A stretch of 63,454 nucleotides of DNA, filler included. It is 5 parts of 5 records of this genome, joined end to end, with 100 filler letters (N's around TTAATTAATTAA, not from the genome) between each part and the next. Parts side by side here need not be neighbours in the genome. Positions count along the whole stretch, not along the records: positions 57,996 to 63,454 come from SRR20825019_346; 4 more parts are not named here. One strand, given 5' to 3'. Shown piece after piece: positions 59,899 through 63,454 of the stretch (the stretch's first letter is position 1; each line of letters begins with the position of its first letter). Below the pieces are notes generated by a model. The model was given only the letters and a program-made list of their open reading frames with translations, did no database searches and was not told the DNA's origin. Both the position numbers and the translations under genes were made by a program.

Positions 59899-60597
59899 GT
59901 GCCCGATTCCGAATACCGGGAAATTCGAAAACTCGATCTCTTTGCGCATATGGCGGATGATAATTTCACATCCTTGATGCGGGGCGCCTATGTGCAAAAT
60001 TTTCCTGCACAGATCGAATTGATCACTGAAGGAGAACCGAGCGATTTTCTTCATATCGTCGTTTCGGGCTCGGTCGATCTGTTTTCGACCTGGAATGGCC
60101 GAGAGACCAGCATGGCGACCGTCCGCCCGATCTCGACCTTCATTCTAGCGGCGACCATTAAGGATGCGCCCTACCTGATGTCGGCCCGCACGTTGGAGAA
60201 AAGCCGGATCGCGCTGATCCCCAGCCAGGACGTTCGCGCGATCTTCGACGCCGACGGCAACTTTGCCCGTGCGATCGTCACGGAACTAGCGCAGTGCTAT
60301 CGCTCAGTCATCAAGGCGCAAAAAGACCTGAAACTCAGAACGTCGCTCGAGCGGCTCGCGAATTACCTTCTCAGGCAACAAAGGCACGCCGGCGGTGGGG
60401 CTGCGTTCGAGTTGGACTTCGAGAAGCGGCGACTGGCCTCCGTGCTGGGCATGACACCTGAAAACCTCAGCCGTGCCTTCAAGGGCCTGCAGCCCTATGG
60501 CGTTTCCGTGACCGGCACGCGCATCTCCATCGACAATCAGGCGGACCTTGAGCGCTTTGCGAAACCAAATCCACTGATTGATGACTTTTCAACCTGA
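59899..60597 (+). CDS. Crp/Fnr family regulator, NarR-like
   Basis: cNMP-binding-like domain, ERLANYL, HTH LASVLGMTPENLSRAF; no N-terminal Cys cluster; divergent from narK; GTG start. Confidence 0.88.
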   Translation: MPDSEYREIRKLDLFAHMADDNFTSLMRGAYVQNFPAQIELITEGEPSDFLHIVVSGSVDLFSTWNGRETSMATVRPISTFILAATIKDAPYLMSARTLEKSRIALIPSQDVRAIFDADGNFARAIVTELAQCYRSVIKAQKDLKLRTSLERLANYLLRQQRHAGGGAAFELDFEKRRLASVLGMTPENLSRAFKGLQPYGVSVTGTRISIDNQADLERFAKPNPLIDDFST

Positions 60598-60608
60598 GGG
60601 ACTGACAG

Positions 60609-60920
60609 ATGACCAAATCCATGCCCGGCGCCGCCGGAGATCTCGCCGAGGAACACCCTGATGTCTGGAAGGCCTATGCTGCCTTGGGCAAGGCAACGGC
60701 CAATTGCGGCCCCCTGACAGACCGCGAGAAGCGCCTCGTCAAGCTCGCCCTCGCGATTGGCGCGGGCTCCGAAGGCGCGGTCCATTCCCACACCCGGCGC
60801 GCCAGATCGGAGGGGATTGAGGCTGAGGCGATCATGCAGGTCGCGATGCTGGCCATCGGCCCGCTCGGCCTGCCCCGGGCTGTCGCCGCGAAGACCTGGA
60901 TCGAAGACATCAAGGATTGA
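60609..60920 (+). CDS. Carboxymuconolactone decarboxylase (AhpD-like) family protein
   Basis: GPLTDREKRLVKLALAIG, AVHSHTRRA; no CxxC. Confidence 0.85.
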   Translation: MTKSMPGAAGDLAEEHPDVWKAYAALGKATANCGPLTDREKRLVKLALAIGAGSEGAVHSHTRRARSEGIEAEAIMQVAMLAIGPLGLPRAVAAKTWIEDIKD

Positions 60921-60923
60921 CCT

Positions 60924-61589
60924 TCAAGGAAGCGGGCTGACCCCAAAAAGAAACGGATGCGCCCAGAGCAGCGCCCCGTAAAGCGCAATGCCTGCCGCAA
61001 GCCGCAGGAGAGTGCCCCCCGACGGGGACGCCGAGAGGAGCGGCGCCTCCGCCACGCGCTCAAGCTTCCGTTGCCACTCTGGCCCCATCTCGCGGCGTTT
61101 GCGCCGGTCGATCAGTCGGTCTCCCAGCAGCGCGAAAGCGGCGAAGGTGCCGAACAGGATCACGTGGGCCAGATCTGCGTTGGGCACGACATGGGCCGCC
61201 GCCCAAAGCGCCAACGCCAGAAGCAGCGGATGACGCGACAAGCGAACGATGCCGGGCCGTGCCGGGTCGAACTGGTCATTGCGTGCTCCCCCGAACGAGA
61301 AAGGGTTGGGCCGGCCGATGGAGAGCGCAAGGATCAGGCAGACCGGCCCCATGACCGTCAATGGGACATAGACCTGCCATGGCGCCCAGTCCCAAAGGGC
61401 CACATGCGGGGCGCGGCCTGCCGCCGCGATCAGCCAGGCCAGCACCGCGAGCGACAGGGCGGAATAGACCAGCGTGAAACCGACAGGGCCAAGCCGCGTC
61501 TGAAGCCAGGGTCGCAGCGGCGGTCGCACGGGCAACGAATGCGACAGGAAGAACACGACATAGGCGAGGGCGAACTCGAACCATCCCAT
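60924..61589 (-). CDS. nnrU: NnrU family membrane protein
   Basis: FFLSHSLP, FTLVYSALS, RPNPFSFGG, GIVRLSRHPLL, WAAAH, HPFLFGVSP; start ATG 61589. Confidence 0.9.
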   Translation of the reverse strand: MGWFEFALAYVVFFLSHSLPVRPPLRPWLQTRLGPVGFTLVYSALSLAVLAWLIAAAGRAPHVALWDWAPWQVYVPLTVMGPVCLILALSIGRPNPFSFGGARNDQFDPARPGIVRLSRHPLLLALALWAAAHVVPNADLAHVILFGTFAAFALLGDRLIDRRKRREMGPEWQRKLERVAEAPLLSASPSGGTLLRLAAGIALYGALLWAHPFLFGVSPLP

Positions 61590-61600
61590 GGATGCGCGTC

Positions 61601-62806
61601 TCAGATCCGCTTGGCGGCGGGCAGACGTAGCAATAGCCCGCCGTAGATGACTGCAAAGCTGCCGAAGGCAAGTGTCCAGAATAGCCCTGCCACAGTGTTC
61701 AAGGGGCTGGAAAATTCGGGCCATACGCCGCCCGCGACCCGCGCGAATACGGACAGGACCAGGGCCAGATAGATCATGACGGTCCCTGCTCCCGCCCGCA
61801 GGTCCTGCCCGGTATGACCAAGCGTGGCGCGTGTCATCACGGCCAGTGTCATCAAGCCGATTGCACCCGCCATCCAGAAATGCTGCGCGCCCGCCATTCC
61901 GAAGGACCCGGGAGCCAAGATTTCTGCGGCCAATGCCAGGGCCCCCAACGGCACGAAGGCATAGCCTGCGTGCAACACAGTCACCAGCGGCTCGGCAAAG
62001 GTGTGGTGTCCGGCCCAACGGGCCAATCGCAGGGCGTGCAACACGGCTGCCAGCGCAAGCGCGAATCCAGTCAGCGTCCCCAGAGGCAGTGCTACCCACA
62101 GCACAAGCGCCACTAGAAGAGCCGCGAGCGCCCCCTTATCGAAGGGCTGCATCGGCGCTGCGGGCAGTACGGCGCTGCGCCGTTTCACCAGCCAGTTACG
62201 GGTGAAGGACGGCACTATGCGGCCGCCGATGACCGCGATCATCATCACGCCCGCGCCCAGGCCTAGTCGCAGGCCGTAACCTTGCGCGGCATACTCGCCT
62301 TGCGCGGCCTCCCAGTGAAACAGCGCGTTGCCGAGGGCAAAGACCGCGAGCATCGCCAGCACGATTAGATTGCGCCAGTTCCGGCCCGCCACGATTTCGC
62401 GCCCGATCACCGTGGCCAGTACGACCGGGAAGGCAAGGTCGACCGCCGCCACCAGCAGCCCCGGCAACCCCGCCGATAAGATCACAGTCACGCGCCCCAC
62501 GAGCCACAGCGCCGCCAGTCCGCCCAGCGGCCAGCCGACGATTGGCAGGCGCCCCGTCCAGTTTGGCACCGCTGTCAGGAGAAAGCCCGCGACAACGGCG
62601 CCGAGATAACCGTAGAGGAACTCGTGCGCGTGCCATGACACGGGGTCGAAGGCTGTGGGCAACATCAGGTGCCCTGACAGCATCGGCACCCAAAGCGCCA
62701 TCGCGAGCACGGTCCAGACCGCCGCGCCGAAAAAGAACGGGCGGAACCCGTAGGTCAGGATCGCGGGTCCGGTCCAGGCGCGCATCTGTTCGGCGGTCGA
62801 GGTCAT
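61601..62806 (-). CDS. nnrS: NnrS family protein
   Basis: GFRPFF, WHAHEFLYGY, GFLLTAVPNWTG, IGGRIVPSFTRNW, MTRATLGHTG. Confidence 0.95.
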   Translation of the reverse strand: MTSTAEQMRAWTGPAILTYGFRPFFFGAAVWTVLAMALWVPMLSGHLMLPTAFDPVSWHAHEFLYGYLGAVVAGFLLTAVPNWTGRLPIVGWPLGGLAALWLVGRVTVILSAGLPGLLVAAVDLAFPVVLATVIGREIVAGRNWRNLIVLAMLAVFALGNALFHWEAAQGEYAAQGYGLRLGLGAGVMMIAVIGGRIVPSFTRNWLVKRRSAVLPAAPMQPFDKGALAALLVALVLWVALPLGTLTGFALALAAVLHALRLARWAGHHTFAEPLVTVLHAGYAFVPLGALALAAEILAPGSFGMAGAQHFWMAGAIGLMTLAVMTRATLGHTGQDLRAGAGTVMIYLALVLSVFARVAGGVWPEFSSPLNTVAGLFWTLAFGSFAVIYGGLLLRLPAAKRI

Positions 62807-62826
62807 TTGTGGCGTCCCTTGCGCGC

Positions 62827-63453
62827 TCAGGCCGGCGCGGCGGCGGCAATGCGGCGGTAGCCCGCCGTGCCATGATAGAAACCGTTGCTCAGGCCCGCAT
62901 CCCCGCTCAGCGTCGCAAGGCGGGCATCGGCCTCGCCTGTCGGCCCGCGCCCATCGAGCACATCGCGAAACACCTGCGCCACCGCGACCATGTCCACCGC
63001 CTGTGGCATCAGCCGCAGGTGCGTGACGCCATCGGCAATCAGACGGGCCACTTCGGGGAGCAGGTCGACATAGCTTTCCGACAGGGTCTGGATGCCGTTC
63101 ACCCGCAGGATCGGGCGGTCGTCGCGGGTGCGGAGCGGCATGCCGTCGGGGTCTTCTTCACAGACGAACTGGCAGTTGTCCTTGGTGTGGCCGTGCGCGC
63201 GGGCGTGATAGCACCGCGCTGACACAGCCAGAGACGCGCGGCCGTAAACCTGCACCTCGACACCCAGGCCCAACGCAACTGCTGCCTGCGCCGCGGCTGC
63301 AATGGCCGGGGCCGGCATCTCGGCCGGTAGGCAGACATGGGTCGCGCCCTGCCCGGCCATCCAGGCTATCGTCGCGTCGTTGTAGGCGTTCATGAAGGGG
63401 CCGATCCGATGCGGACGCTTACCGCGCGCGTAAAGCCCTGCGGCGTTGTTCAC
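62827..63453 (-). CDS. ubiV: O2-independent ubiquinone biosynthesis protein UbiV (U32 family), 5'-truncated
   Basis: GPFMNAYN, EVQVYGR, SARCYHAR, KDNCQFVC, NGIQTLS, NGFYHG. Confidence 0.88.
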   Translation of the reverse strand: MNNAAGLYARGKRPHRIGPFMNAYNDATIAWMAGQGATHVCLPAEMPAPAIAAAAQAAVALGLGVEVQVYGRASLAVSARCYHARAHGHTKDNCQFVCEEDPDGMPLRTRDDRPILRVNGIQTLSESYVDLLPEVARLIADGVTHLRLMPQAVDMVAVAQVFRDVLDGRGPTGEADARLATLSGDAGLSNGFYHGTAGYRRIAAAAPA

Positions 63454-63454
63454 C

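Overview
This window is not one locus. It holds five unrelated contigs joined by identical 100-nt artificial linkers (N-run + TTAATTAATTAA + N-run). Taxonomic calls below are inferred from base composition and protein motifs only. (1) 1-17535: very AT-rich, Rickettsiales-like housekeeping region (clpX 5' end, gatCAB, infC, thrS, nfu, sodB, nagZ, dnaB, lpdA), with a divergent sensor-kinase / Na+:solute-symporter pair and several orphan proteins. (2) 17636-34606: GC-rich, Rhizobiales-like region (etfB, cobalamin adenosyltransferase, SDR, YihY, gluQ, alkA-like, HNH, a MerR-associated beta-oxidation cluster, ispA, mtgA, GST, rpmF 5' end). (3) 34707-51328: Bacteroidota region (half tRNA-Leu, DUF3127, T9SS cargo genes, a repeat fibre with an intramolecular chaperone domain, glycosyltransferases, ruvC, M1 peptidase, pyrC, recX, rng, bS22-like small protein). 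(4) 51429-57895: Rhodospirillales-like c-di-GMP genes, a Tat-signal flavin amine oxidase, a SPOR protein and a Lon-type protease 3' end. (5) 57996-63454: Rhodobacteraceae-like nitrate/NO respiration region (fused narK, narR-like regulator, CMD, nnrU, nnrS, ubiV) with FNR-type boxes. I found no CRISPR array, transposase, prophage or defence system. Most of the content is ordinary. The best candidates for under-described systems are the mini-T9SS protein + chaperone-capped 17-aa-repeat fibre module (37174-40998) and the split, divergent SLC5/histidine-kinase pair (7959-10744). Both are hypotheses, not demonstrated systems.
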